A DNA stretch of 64,000 nt from Camelus ferus (lineage: Eukaryota): contig NC_045712.1 in assembly GCF_009834535.1 (NCBI RefSeq), positions 36,456,001 through 36,520,000 of the forward strand, given 5' to 3'. Shown one piece after another: positions 23,144 to 35,910 of this stretch. The translations under genes and the position numbers were made by a program. Under the pieces are notes generated by a model. That model was given only the letters and a program-made list of their open reading frames with translations, ran no database searches and had not been told where the DNA came from. The stretch's first letter is position 1, and each line of letters starts with the position of its first letter.

Positions 23144-26100
23144 ATACAGATGTCCACAGTGGTCAGGAGGACCATGACTCCAGCCCGACGCAAGCGTTCA
23201 CGCAGTGCGGGGCGCCCCGTAGTTAGGTCTGCAGATCAAATCGGACTGTGGAATCTTGTTTGGCTGGCGGCGTGGGGAAACCTTATTTGATCTCTTTGCC
23301 TGTAGGCTGGGCGTGTGCTCTGCAGCCCCGTTAGGCACTCGGGATGGACTTGTTTACACAACCTGCTCAGCTTGATGTGTCCACCCTCCGCCAGGCCTGA
23401 CGGACCCCTGGGCGCCCAGGGTTAGAGGGGCACCACCCTGACCGGACTGAGCGCCTCCTGGAGCCGCAGCACCTCATGCTTTCCCTGGTGTCCTATCATA
23501 AGATGCCACAAGGCTGGCAAGTAGGGCCACCGTGCTGATGAACTGGCAGAGAGTGGACCCTGGGACGGCCCCCACCCTTGGCGTGAGATGGGTGTGAGGT
23601 GCCGGTGTGCCCTCTTTTGCATAACAGCAATAGTGGAGACCATTTCTGGGGCACTTACCATGTGCCGACACCAGCATAAACCTTAGTCTGGAGCATCTCG
23701 CCTGATCCCGACCACAACCCTAATGGGGATGTTCCAGGATGGCCCCAGTGTCCCCACTGGTGGTTGTGTCCCTTGCTTAAGGCCACCCAGCCAGAAGTGT
23801 AGAGCAGGGAAGGGACCCCAGTCGGTTGGGCTCCAGACCCACAGGTGGCCTCACTGGGGTCAAAATGGCAGAGCCGGACGGGCCAGAGGCACCTGCTCCT
23901 ACGACACCTGCACCGGGAGAAAGCAGAGGTGGGGTGGACACAGGGCTTGCCCGAGGGTCAGCCAGCCAGAACTGAGCTGTTGGCCCCGTGACCCTCAGGC
24001 CAGTTGTACTGGCTGCAGGTCAGGAACTCAGAGGAGCAGCACATCCACCCCACAACAGGAGGGAAGAAGGGGAAAGAAAGACCACGGGCGTTTCCAACCT
24101 GAAGAGTTAGGTTTAGAAAATGACCACGCAGAAGCGGTTGGAGGGGATGCGGCTGGGAGGACGGAGGGAGGGAGGAGAGGGGAGAGGGAGGAAAGTCTTC
24201 TCAGCTCAGCCAGTATTTGGTAGGTGAGTGGTTTTATTTCCTGGTGGCTTGGTTGTTTTTTGGAGGCATCAGCAGTGCTGCAAGCAGAGCTTCAGTTGCC
24301 TGCTCGAAGTAAGTCCTGAACTTTCGTACTGAGGGAAACCCCAGCGGCCAGACACACAGCTCCCCGAGATCCTGCCCTGCCCGATTCTTGGTTGAACCAC
24401 CCACCGCCCGCCAGCTGTGTCTTTGCTCTACCTCCCGTTTAGTAGAGACTCAAGATCGTGATTTTGAGAGTTTTATCCATTTCAGAGAGATTGGGCTGGG
24501 CTCACTCTTAGAGTTAGATTCAGGCCGTTGTCCTGTGTACAAGTCATTCTGAACTTCGTGGAATAAGTCTAAGAAATAAGTTCATGTGTCTTGCCGAGCG
24601 ATGAAGGTAAGCGTAGTGGGCATCTTTGAGCGCCCATTACCTGCCAGGTGCCGCATGCGGCTCCAAGCATGTTACCATCCAGGCCCTTGACATCCTCTTG
24701 GGGTCAGCTCTGCCGCCCCCCCCCCCCCATTTGACAGGTGAGCAGCCTGTGGCTTAGGGGGCCGCAGCGCTCAAGGGCACACAGGCGCGAGCCCTGGAGC
24801 TCTCCAGACTTTGCAAGTGGATGCTTTTCCTTCTTATCTGCTTTGGCCTCTGCTGACGGCTGGCGACAGGGCTTTTCTGCGCGTGGGCCAGCTTTCTCTG
24901 CCTGGCTCTTTATCGGACCTTCCAGGTGGACTTACCACCCTGTGGGTTATATGGGAAGTCCTCATTCATTTAATTTATATCACAGCCTGGAAACAAAAGA
25001 AACAGGAAACTGCATTCACTTTGATACTGAATTCAAGTGCGCCAATCAAAAGAAGTCTGTAGAATTTTTGAAAACGCTTTTACAGATTCCTTTCTCCTCT
25101 TTTCTGGTATCCAGGCACGGGTAGTTACCACTCACTGCTGTTTCTGCCGCCTGACCGTCCACGAGCATTCGCCGATGCCTCTCTGCAGAGGCTGGAGGCT
25201 GTGTGCTGGGCCCAGTGGGCAGAGATGAGTAAGACCCAGGCCACGGGGGGAGATAAGGCATGCTCAGTAAACAGCACCGGGTGCCAGGCCTCGTCTGATA
25301 AGGGCTGTGGGATCGGCTTAGATAAAATGTCGTGAGAGTGTAGAGGAGGGAGAGGACCTTCCTGTCTGGGGGAATCGGGCCAGGCTGAAGGATGGGGAGG
25401 AACTGGATAAGGAGACGCGGCGAAGGGGGACAGCCCAGCCGAGGGCCCCACTTCCTCCTCACCGGGACCGTGGCTGCCCTGGGTCCCCAGGCTGGACCCC
25501 GTGCAGTGCACACAGTCCACATGTGTCATTTAATCCCCAGAGCAACCCACTGGGGCCAGTACTCCTACTGCCCCCTCCTTTCACATGCACAGACTAGGGC
25601 CCGAGAGGTTGAGCCCCTGGCCGGGTCCCGAGGACTTGCAGGCGAAGGCTGGGAGTCCCACTGTGTTTGAAGCCAGAGCTCTTGCTCGCAGGTCTCTGTA
25701 CCATTTTCAGAGAACTTTCAAACACCTTATCCCATCCGATCTTCCTGTCCCCGAGTTTCTCTATGTCTCACCAGCCTCTTGGCACAGATGAGTCACTCTA
25801 CCCGTAACAGCGTGAATTTTACTTGCTTGCTGCCTCCCCTCATCCCCCCACCCCCTGCTCACCCTGGTCCCCAGGCCACCTGCCAGGCCTCACCACCTCT
25901 GACTGGTATCCCCGCGGGTGTCCACGTTGCCTTTCCCTCCATCACCCCTTCCCCACCGAAGTTCACTGCCCAGGGAGGCAGTGGAAGACCCCCACGCCCC
26001 CTGCCCAGGTGGGGGCCCCCTTAGAGAAGCCTTCCCCACCCGGCGAGCCAGGCGTCCGGCATGTGACCTCCCGCACCCCGCGTCGCCCCTCTGTGAGCCT

Positions 26101-26339
26101 CAGTCTTCTCTGGGAAGGAAGAAGGGTCAAGTCAGTTCCCGCGTGTCCCCTGAGCAGCAGCTGAATGTGATGGCGAATCATGCAACCGAGGGAATCGTGC
26201 GAACCAGGCCCGGCCCTCAGTAAGACACACACATAAGCAGTTACAGCCCAGGCCCCATGTGTCGGGAGAGCGCCACTAGGGAATCACACTGCTGTGGGAA
26301 GGGCTGTTCCTGCTGGGGAGGGTCCCACGTGGCCACCAT

Positions 26340-26545
26340 CCACACAGGCTTTAATGTGCACCAGATCCGGGGCTCAGAGCTGTACCAGCATCAGCCCGAT
26401 TAATCCTCCCCCAAAGCCAGTTGGAGCAGGGACCCATGTTAGAGAGGAATCTGAGGCTCAGAGAGGTGAAGTCACCCGCCCAAGGTCACACAGCTAGGAA
26501 GAGGTAGACTCTGGCAAAGTCAGGTCTGAGGCAGTGCTCTTGGTT
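26340..26545 (-). mobile_element. MIR SINE
   Basis: 'gaggaatctgaggctcagagaggtgaagtcacccgcccaaggtcacacagctagg'. Confidence 0.85.
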
Positions 26546-27065
26546 GCTGTCTTCACAGAAGTGAGGCCAGTATATCTGGGCGCTGGAAAGTCAGCTCAGC
26601 TCCGTCCCTTCTTGCATTAGGAAAAATATTATTTCCCGATCTGCACAGTCAGCTGGAAGCAGAATTCTTGGAGCCTGAGTGAAACCATGGGGATTGACTC
26701 CTACTTCACAGGAAAAAGTCAAGTGGTCGGTCAGAGCTGTCAGTTGAAAGTCTTCTGTGCAGATTCCAGATGCCTTGGTAGCCCTGCTGCTGCCAGACCA
26801 CAGCGTGTGATGGCATCTGGCTGGCCAGTCACTTGGGCCGTGCACGCCACCCCACCTGGCAAACACGCCACACGCGTTTAATCCTCACCACGACAACACA
26901 TTTGGTCTCTGGCTGACAGAGAAGAGAACCGTGGCTCAGAGAGGGGACACGTCCCGCCACAGGCGACCCGGGCAGCGAGCGGCCGGCCCGTGAACCGGGC
27001 CTGGGGGCCGTAAAGCAGGAGTGCTTCAGCGCGGCTTGCGTGGGCGTCTCATCTCCCCTTTCCTC

Positions 27066-27198
27066 CGTACTTCTCAGCCCAGGCTGCACATTTGAAATGC
27101 CTGGAATACTTTTTTAAAATACTAGGTAAGGCCAGGCCCATCCCAGACCAGTTAAATCAGTCTCTGGGAGTGGACCAGGTTGAAGACTTTGGGTCTAG
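27066..27198. mobile_element. hAT-Charlie MITE (MER5A-like)
   Basis: 'gctgcacatttgaaatgcctgg...ccatcccagaccagttaaatcagtctctggg'. Confidence 0.7.
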
Positions 27199-27649
27199 AA
27201 ATCCTCAGTGTTCCTTCCACCGAGAGCCTCAGCCCGACCTGGGACAAGGGGAGAGCTGAACTGTGGGATGGGGAGAGACGGAGAGTGACTGCCTCTTCTC
27301 CCCTCCCCTTCCCTTCCATGTCCTCCTCCTCAGCCCGCTGGGAGCTGGCCTCTAGCCTCCCTCTTGGCCTGGGACCATTTGACATCTGGGATAAGGCTGC
27401 CATGTGGCCCTGCCCCCACACAGTGTTTCTTTCAGCCTGGCACATAGTAGGTGCTCAGTAAACATTTGGTGCCTGGATTCATGCAGAGGCCCGTCCCGCC
27501 CAGCCTTCCGTGAGGGACTGCAGGGTCCTCTGCCGCTGACCCGCCCAGCCCAGCAGGTAGCATTCCACTCCCATCAGCAGCACACGGGGGGGCCTCTTGC
27601 ATTGCCCCTTTCCCAGCAATCCGTATTTACTTAAAAAAAGAAATCCTTT

Positions 27650-27790
27650 CTAATGTAATAGATAGAAAATAATCTTGGTTTTGGTTTGAATTTACATTTC
27701 TTTGAATACTGGTGAGGATGAGCATTTTTTTCATGTGCTTCTTTCTTAGTCATTGGTATTGCTTCCTCTATGAATTGTCTGTTCCCAATT
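27650..27790 (-). mobile_element. Old L1 fragment
   Basis: 'tggttttggtttgaatttacatttctttgaatactggtgaggatgagcattttttcatgtg'. Confidence 0.7.
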
Positions 27791-28449
27791 TACTAATTTA
27801 CAACGAGAAATATAACTGCCAAAGGGACCGGATACACGTGTCCTCCAGCCAACACCCCAGCTCCCTGTAGGCACAGTGCACCGGGAAGCCAAGTTCTAAT
27901 CAGAACGATGCTTGGGGAGCACAGAATGAGAAAAGGGAGGAGTCTGTTGTGCATCAGAGCGAGGCTTTTGCGGCATCAGAGCAAGCTAGACCTACCGCCA
28001 GGATCCACTGCATCCTTGGCCAGAACACCCTCCTTTTTTCTCTTTCCTCTGCCTCATCTTGGAATTGCCCCTTCCCACAAGTGAAAGCAGCTTCAGCAGG
28101 TCTGAGACGCCACACACAAGTGTCACGTTTGGAACGGTGGCATACTTATGCATTTTTCAGGCCTTGGACTCTCCCAGAGGTCTTTGACCTCCGCAGGGTT
28201 AGAGCCAATGGCTCTGGAGGACCTTGCGAGTACAAAGGAGCAGCCTAAAGAATAAGAACTCCAGGAGCCAGGGAGAGGGGCTCCAGATAGGCATGTGGGC
28301 TGGGAAGGGTGCCTGGAGCAGGAAGGGTGGGAAAGAGTCCATTCGAGGGTGGAAGGAAAAAGAGGGTTTTAGGCGGGCAAGGCCTGGGCGTCTCCGGTCT
28401 GGAGTATGCAGCTGCCTGCCCACTCTCTTTATCCTCCTCTTTCCCTGGC

Positions 28450-28905
28450 CTCCAGAGTAACCTTCCTAAACCAAACCTGACCGAGTCACTCCCCTCCTTC
28501 CATCCTTCCTGTGTCCCCAACACTTGTTGGGTAAAATCCAAATTCCTAGGGATGGCATTCAAGGCTTTTCACAGCCTGGCTTCAACTTTCCAGGCTGGCT
28601 TCTCATCCCCCTGCTCATACCTCCAGCCTTTGCTCAGGAGGGGCCTTCTGCCTCAGATGCCCTTCCCGACTTGGCCAATTCATCCTCATTTTTTAAGACC
28701 CAGCTCCAACATCCACTCCTCCCCGAAGTCTTTCCTGAGCCCCCTCCCCCTTAGTTGTGGCATTCACCACATTTGAGAGAGTAATTGTCCAAGCATCCTC
28801 TCCCACCGGCCCTTGAGGACCCTGCCATCAGACATCTATCGTGTTTGGTTTATCTAAGTGTCCTAACCGTCCACACGGCACCGCCCATGGTAGCGGCTGA
28901 ATGAA
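28450..28905 (+). mobile_element. L2 LINE 3' end
   Basis: 'aaatccaaattcctagggatggcattcaaggcttttcac...' ending 'gctgaatgaa'. Confidence 0.75.
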
Positions 28906-29926
28906 CAAGAAAGTGGCTGTTGGAGACGTGCTCGTGGGAAGCACAGCCCGAGAGAACAGGGAGGTCCGGACCCGCTTCTGGCCCCTGGTGCTCAGGCAGA
29001 CCCACCGTCCTCGCTACACCTCAGTTCCCTTCTCTGCAGAAGGAAAGCTCGGGGACTCAGCTGTCCGCAGTGCCGTTTATCAGGACTTACCCCATGTGAG
29101 GCACTATTCTACAAGTCAGCATATTCTAATAATTACATAATGTGTATAATAATAACAATTTACATAAATATTTCTGGTAGAATGGAAATATTCAAAACCA
29201 AGGCCTTGAAGTTCTTTGCGGTCCAGTTCTGGAACCAAGGACGGCAGGACCAAGACCTCTTAGGCGGAGAGAGTGTTAACTTGAGGGGAGCGACGGACTT
29301 CGTTATAAGAAACATGATGCCGCTCTTGGCCCCAAACAGGCAAGTGTGGTGAAGCGAAATAAAGGTGGATGTGAGAGTCAGAGCACAGCTCAAATCCCAG
29401 ATCAGCCACCCTCCTGCTGTGCCCCTTAGCAAGTCCCTGTACCTCTCTGGGCCTTAAAGACTGGCGATTGTCTAGCTATCTCAGAGTTGTGCAACTCAGT
29501 TGGATGGAGGGCTCTGTGACTACTTTGTGCCTTTTAATCCCAAGGAATGTAAGCAACCAAGCAAAGGGAATTTGGACAAGGGACTTCATCCTTCTAAGCC
29601 TCAGTTTCTTCATTGGCCCAATGAGGGCTGTCAGGAGGGCTGGCTGGAGGTGAAGTGACATTGTAGTACAGAGCACTGTGCTGGGATGTTGGAGGAACAG
29701 CCTGGCAGTGAGGCATCAACCCCAGCTCCCTCTTCTCAGGCAGAAAGCTTGGAACAAGGGACTCAGAGCTCCAGAGACAGCTGAGAAGGAAGCACAGTCA
29801 AGAATAAGAGTCAGAGGAAGGCTCTGGAACACGTGATGATTGCCTTCTCCCATCAGAAAATGCTCTTAAACAAAACAGCAAGTTTCCTCCATTAATAAGG
29901 CCTGTGGAATGCAGATGAGATTTTTT

Positions 29927-30140
29927 NNNNNNNNNNNNNNNNNNNNNNNNNNNNNNNNNNNNNNNNNNNNNNNNNNNNNNNNNNNNNNNNNNNNNNNNNN
30001 NNNNNNNNNNNNNNNNNNNNNNNNNNNNNNNNNNNNNNNNNNNNNNNNNNNNNNNNNNNNNNNNNNNNNNNNNNNNNNNNNNNNNNNNNNNNNNNNNNNN
30101 NNNNNNNNNNNNNNNNNNNNNNNNNNNNNNNNNNNNNNNN
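29927..30140. other. Assembly gap (214 N)
   Basis: N run. Confidence 1.
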
Positions 30141-30513
30141 GCAGCAAATACATGTCTTTGCTGAATTTTGGTTTCAAATTTGATGACAGGGGCATTGTTC
30201 CTGGTTTGCCTGGAATTCAGGCCTTTTGACATCTGAGGCGGACCCACCCAGGAGAGCAGGGAAGCCAGGTTTGGGCCATGGTGGGCCCCTTCTCCCCTCT
30301 CCTGTGAGCAGACCAGGGAGTTCCTCAACCACCCAGGAAATTACAATCCTGAGCGCAGAGGTGGGACCTGCAGGGGGTCACACACAAGATGAAAGCAACT
30401 TGGAACAAAGAAAAATTTTATGAGAAAGAAGACAAAACAAAACACAAGATGGTCTGTTTCCCTCTTTTTTAGGGTAAGAGACCGTAAAATGTACTATATC
30501 AATACAGCATAGT

Positions 30514-30725
30514 AGATTTGCAAATGATAACCATTGTATATGAAAATAGATAAAAAACAGATTTCTTCTGTAGAGCACGGGGAACTGTATTCAATATCTT
30601 GTAATAACCTTTAATGAAAAAGAATATGAAAACAAACATATGTATATATATGCACTACTGGGACATTACACTGTGCACCAGAAACTGACACATAGTAACT
30701 GACTATACTTCAATTTTTTAAAAAA
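30514..30725 (+). mobile_element. Young 5'-truncated L1 (3' UTR) with TSD
   Basis: Ends 'ccagaaactgacacatagtaactgactatacttcaat' plus A tail; TSD AATACAGCA(T/C)AGT at 30501-30513 and 30726-30738. Confidence 0.88.
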
Positions 30726-30900
30726 AATACAGCACAGTGGCCCTGCAATCAAGTGAACTGGGGTTGAAATCCTACCTCTGGCATTTCTGAGCTGGGTTTC
30801 CTCGGGTAAATGACATAACTTCTCTGACTCCATTTCCTCATCTTCAAAACGGGGAGAATAAAAGTATTCACTAATAGAGCTGTGAGGAAGAATAAATAAG
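30726..30900 (+). mobile_element. MIR SINE
   Basis: 'ctctgactccatttcctcatcttcaaaacggggagaataa...gctgtgagg'. Confidence 0.75.
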
Positions 30901-31449
30901 GGGGAAATTGAGCCAATACAAGGAAGATGCTAGGCTACCTGTGTCTGTTATGATTTTGTGTACTAGGACAGATGTAAAGGGCGAGGAAAAAGAGGAAAAG
31001 TGAGAAGACTTTATCTCTTATTATTTCTCTGTTGCGACCGATAGCTTGCAGAGATCATTCGCACTCAGAACTTCACAGGCTGGTCATTCCGGCCCCAGGA
31101 GACGGGCAGGGTGAGAACTGCCCTCAGTTTCTAGTTGCAGGACCTGCTGCCAGAAAGTGGGCGTGACCCCTCAAGGACACACATTCAGTGGTCCATGTGA
31201 CCAGGAGTTCAGAGAAAATGACCAAAGGAAAGGGATAGAGGGCTTCAAATCATTGACCCTAAATAGGAAATTTACTTTAGTTTTATAGTTTATCTTTGTA
31301 TTTATTTGTTTGCCTGAAGCATCTTTTTGTGCAAAAATTAATATAGAGAAACACGTAATTTAGCAGTCACCTATATTGCCACCCCCATAGCTGCTTCTAG
31401 TTTGTTTATTTTTAAGAAATTAAAAGTAAAGCTAAAAACCCTTTATCTA

Positions 31450-31870
31450 CTACCCAAGTCCCACAGAGAACTAATCATTTGGTGCATATCTTTCCTATTA
31501 TTTTAAAATAGTTTAGCATACCTATACAGACACTCAGTCCTTGGCAGTGTTTTCATTTACAGATAAGGTCCCATAGGATTCCTACTATTCTACTTCTTGC
31601 GTTTATCACCAAACATGTGTTTGAAATCTGTCCATGTTGATAAGTGTGAAAGAGCTAGTTCCTTCTTTTTAATTGCTGAATAGTATTCTACGATATGAAT
31701 CCGTTGTACCACATTTTGTGTGTCCATCTTCCAGCAATGGACATTTAGGTTGTTTCCTTTTTTTTTTTATTACAAACCACAGTGCTTTGATTTAAAAAAA
31801 AAAATCTTTATATGTGTCTCTCTGAGCATTGATGCTTGAGTTTCTCCAAGAAAGTTACCCAGGACTCAAA
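31450..31870 (-). mobile_element. Old L1 (L1ME-like) fragment
   Basis: 'ttttaattgctgaatagtattctac...ggacatttaggttgtttcc'. Confidence 0.75.
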
Positions 31871-32639
31871 TGTACCTGGGATCCACCTCCCTTCCTGTGC
31901 TCACCCACTGTGTGACCTTGGACTAGTCATTTCACCTCTCAGAATCTGTCTTCTTACCTGTAAAATGGGTGTGTGATAATCCCTGACTCTCTGGGTGGTT
32001 GTCAGAGAATTAAGTGAGACTTTCTCTAAAAAGCAGCAAATAGTAGAGTCCAGCAGCTCCCATTCTCCATGCTACAGGGTTTTCTAGCAGCCAAAGTAGG
32101 AGCTCAGGGCAGTGCCCATCCTTTGCACTAGGGACCCTGGGCCCAGCAAAGCACTGCCTTGGGGGCTTACCCAGCCCACCCCTTCTCACCTGCTGCCAAC
32201 ACTATCTCCCTGCCCAACCTGGTATCAGGTTGGTAGATAACTGAGCATCGTACCCCTCAGTGACTCAGCTTCCTCGCCTGTAAAATGGCATAATAACACC
32301 TTCTTCAAAGGTCTACTAGGAAGCTTGAATGCCAGAGAATGTCTGCCGGGCATTTGTTAAAACTGAATGCCCTTTTCTGCACACCCAGGACATATTCTCC
32401 TTCAAAGATGAGAATTTATCCGAGGTTTCATCTCACTGGCTGGGGAAGCTGGACTATGTCCCTGGTTTGATTTTCTGTTGCAGATGCTGCTGAGGGTTTT
32501 GCTGGGTCCCTCCATTTGTTTTCCTTGCTGGGAATTGGAGGCTGGGTGGTTTAAATTTGCTAAAATATCGCCATCTAGTGGACTCACTGAAACACTGCAG
32601 TTTTCGTTCGGCCCCCATCTGGGAAAAACAATGGGGCGA

Positions 32640-33070
32640 CAGCTGCGGCCGCCCTGCCCAGCTCAGAATCGCTGGTGGCTCCCCATTGTCTACGGGGTAA
32701 AGTCCAAACGCCAAGCCTGGAATTCAAGCGCCTGCACGCTCGGGCTCCACCCTGCCTATCAGACCTTATCGCTGGCTTCGACCTCCTGCCCTGCCAGGCC
32801 CAGCTCCTCTGGCTCCAGAACCTCCAAGCCCACACCTCCTGGCACGTGGACCTGCCCTGTGTCCCCGACGGCCATATCCCTCCTCCTCCACACTCTCCTA
32901 AGGCTCACCCATCTCGCAGGCTCAGCTCAAAGGCCACCTCTTCCCAGAAGCCTCCCAGGCCTTCAACGTTTCTGGGTCTTTCCTGACCTCCCACCAAGGC
33001 TCGCTGTGGGTCATGTTGTTATTTCCATATTTAAAGCTGTGCTTTGTCAGTGCACTGCCCTCCAGTATCC
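32640..33070 (+). mobile_element. L2 LINE fragment
   Basis: 'ggtggctccccattgtctacggggtaaagtccaaacgc...ctcagctcaaaggccacctcttcccagaagcct'. Confidence 0.8.
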
Positions 33071-33276
33071 AACATGATGGAGTCAAGTGAATGCCAGCCC
33101 GCAGTCCCTGGACCGCCATCCTCCATCCTCACCTGGCCTCCATGCTTCCCAGCTCTGAGAACCTGGGCAGGGAGGGAACCTCAACTGTGCAATCTCGGTG
33201 AGAACACCTGTCTCACAGATGCAAGTTAAGACAGAATGCAAAGTGGCTGGCACTTACAAAGGCCCAATGAATTGTT

Positions 33277-33368
33277 AGCGTGGTCAGATAAAATACAGGA
33301 TACCCAACTGAATTTGAATTGCAGATAAACAAAAAATTTTTTTAGTATAAGTATATCCCAAATAGTAC
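33277..33368. mobile_element. hAT MITE, one arm of MER53-like element
   Basis: 'cagataaaatacaggatacccaactgaatttgaattgcagataaac...tttttagtataagtatatccc'. Confidence 0.75.
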
Positions 33369-33466
33369 AGGGAGGGTCTGCGTTACATTTCACAGACAGG
33401 TGATATTAAGGATTATTGATCATTTTGTTAGATGTGCTAGTGATATTCAGAATGTATGTACATATA

Positions 33467-33996
33467 CAGTCAGTCCTCATTATTGGCAGATTATGCATTT
33501 GCAAATTCACCTACTGGCTAAAATTTATTTGTAATGCTGAAATCAAAATTCATAGCTCTTGGTCATTTACAGACACGCACATGCGTCAAGGGGAGAAAAA
33601 TCTGAGGTTCCCAGTATGCCGAAGGCAACAGGTGATACTCTGTCTTGTTACAGCTATCACATCATAAACAAGTGTGCTTTTTGCCATCTCTTTAGTGCTG
33701 CCTTTGTCGTTTTGTGTTTCGTGTTGGTGACTTAATCGCCCCCCAAGCCAAGTGTCGAAGGGCTGTCCAGTGTTCCTAAGCCAAGGCCATGATGTTCCTT
33801 ATGGAGAAAATCATGTGTGAGATGAGCTTTGTTCAGGCGTGAGTTATAATGCTGTTGGCCGGGCATTCAATGTGAATGAATCAACAATAGACATTAGATA
33901 AAATGCCTTTAAACAGAAGCACGCATAAAACAAGGGTATGTAGTGATTGGTTGATGAAAATGTTATGACCAGAAGCCAGCAGGACCCTGACCCTGA
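33467..33996 (+). mobile_element. TcMar-Tigger element (MER82-like), right end missing
   Basis: TA then 'cagtcagtcctcattattggcagattatgcatttgcaaattcacctactggctaaaatttatttgtaa'; about 530 bp colinear with the recalled consensus. Confidence 0.8.
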
Positions 33997-34196
33997 ACTG
34001 TTATGAGTGAAATTATATGATGTCTGGAATTACTTTAAAATACCCCAGCAGTGGGATCCAGATGTGTATATGGAGAGTGTAAAAGAAACAACATAGCAAA
34101 GCTAGAAGATTCTGGAAGTGAGGAGTTACTAGGCTGTTCTCTCTACTTCTGTGTTATGTTTGAAAATGTTTGTTACCATAACAAAAGGTTTAAAAT
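33997..34196 (+). mobile_element. Old L1 (L1MC/MD-like) 3' end
   Basis: 'gaaattatatgatgtctggaattactttaaaata...gtttgaaaatgtttgttaccataac'; the upstream part is probably 33375-33464. Confidence 0.6.
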
Positions 34197-34769
34197 ACAC
34201 ACTGGGGAGAAAATCTTGGGGGAAGAATATCTTATTCGTTAGTTCTCACTCTGACCCTCTGCAGGGACAGGGTTTCAGATGATGGCCCCAGAGATCCCAT
34301 TATGGGCAAATCCCAAACCTTTGAGTGCAGAGCACCCACTGAGGTTCCAGAGACCTGGCTCTGGTCTCAGCCCCACTTCAGACTTGCTACCTCTGGCAAC
34401 TCACAGTGCCTCCAAGCCTTTTTTCTTATCAGTTAAATAAGGAAGCTGACCTGGACAACCTCAGGGTTCCCTTTCATTTCTAAAACCCTCTAATTCTAAA
34501 TCCAGTATTTCCTAAGTTGGCATGTTCTAGTACAATATTCCAGCCTCTCTCCAGCTCTGTCGTCCCTACTCAATCCATCCCGAAACCACTATTCTGTGAA
34601 CCTTGCTGAAGTTCCCTTTTTTGCAACACTCTAACCAGGAAGCTATTCTGATTTCTCTAAAGGCTGATTTCTCTATAAAAGTCTGAACTCCTTAGCTGAG
34701 CCATTAAGGCCCCTGCAAGCAGACCATCCACTGAATGCCACATCTTGAGCTCTATCTACCAAGAGCTCA

Positions 34770-35010
34770 CAGTTCAGTTAAACCAGGAAACAGGGATATC
34801 ACAGGGTGCACCACCAGATTATTGTGGGAACACAGAGGGAAGTCACTCAAGCCAGTGTGGGGAGGCAAGAGGAAGTCTTCTGGAGGAAGAGATAGCTGAG
34901 CTGAGACCTGAAGGGTGACCAGGGATCACTGCCACAGACAGGGGGAAAGGATGTTCCAGGTGAGGCAACAGTGTGTGCAAAGGCCTGGAGACAAGACAAA
35001 GTTGGGAAAG
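34770..35010 (-). mobile_element. L2 LINE fragment
   Basis: 'tctggaggaagagatagctgagctgagacctgaagg...gttccaggtgaggcaacagtgtgtgcaaaggcctggag'. Confidence 0.8.
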
Positions 35011-35755
35011 GTCCAGATTTCAAAGCCCATCACACCTAGCCCCATAAATCTCTCTGGCATTATTTGCCACCGTTCTCTCACTGCCCGGCATGTGAGGTAT
35101 GCGTGCTGGAGACCCTGGGATTCCTATTTGGGAAGGTGTATATTGGACTCCCGACTGAGCCTCCTTTAAAACGACCAGGTCAGGAGAAACTTTTACACTT
35201 CCCAAGGCACTTTTGTTTCGCTCATCCCTCTGTGGCTCAGAAAGGTTAAGTCACTCACTCTAGACCACATAGCCAGTGAGGAGGGAGGTGGGGATGCAAA
35301 TGCAGGTCTGACTCCTGGCCTGGTGTCCTTGCTGCTGCAGAGGGCAGCCAGTGCCCACCACGGCTTTTGGTCAGGTGCCTCCAAGAGGGCACTTTCTTAC
35401 AGGTTCCCTGCAGGCTGCACTTAAACAGAAGCACTGAGGAAGCCGAGGTCTGCAGGATGAGCTTAGCGGACCGGCTTCCTAAGAGCTGGGGTCATGTAAG
35501 GTCCGGTCGCTTCAAGTGTCCCAGCTCCCCAGGGGCGAGGACCCCAAGTCTTCAGACCTGGGTTCAAGTCTCCTATTACTGTAACCCCAATCCCTCTCAG
35601 CTATGTGACATTGGATAAGTAGCTTCGATCTCATCTGTCAGGTGGATCTTGCGGGACTGCTGTGGGGATAAAACAAGAACAACACATGGAAAGAACGTGC
35701 CGCCTCGGCCGGGCAGAAGGCAAGCGGCGCGCACAGAAGACCCGCCTGCAGGCCG

Positions 35756-35767
35756 TGCGCAGGCGCG
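35756..35767. promoter_or_regulatory. NRF1-like site
   Basis: TGCGCAGGCGCG versus consensus YGCGCAYGCGCR. Confidence 0.55.
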
Positions 35768-35809
35768 CTCCGTAAAGACCCGGCGGGCCTTCCCGCGGGC
35801 TCTGCGGCT

Positions 35810-35910
35810 GCGCAGTCGTCCGGCTTTGCGGCCGCACTGCTTGACGGCAGCGGTGTCCGCCCGCCAGCCGGCGTTGCTGGGGTAACGGCGAGCGCGCGGG
35901 GCCGAGGAAG
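35810..35910 (+). other. TSEN2: TSEN2 exon 1 (non-coding; start approximate)
   Basis: Strong donor AAG|GTAAGG at 35910/35911 inside the CpG island; the TSS cannot be read from sequence. Confidence 0.65.

Noticed and set aside
32478-33077. 199-aa ORF
   Set aside because: Runs through an L2 fragment; no homology recognised.
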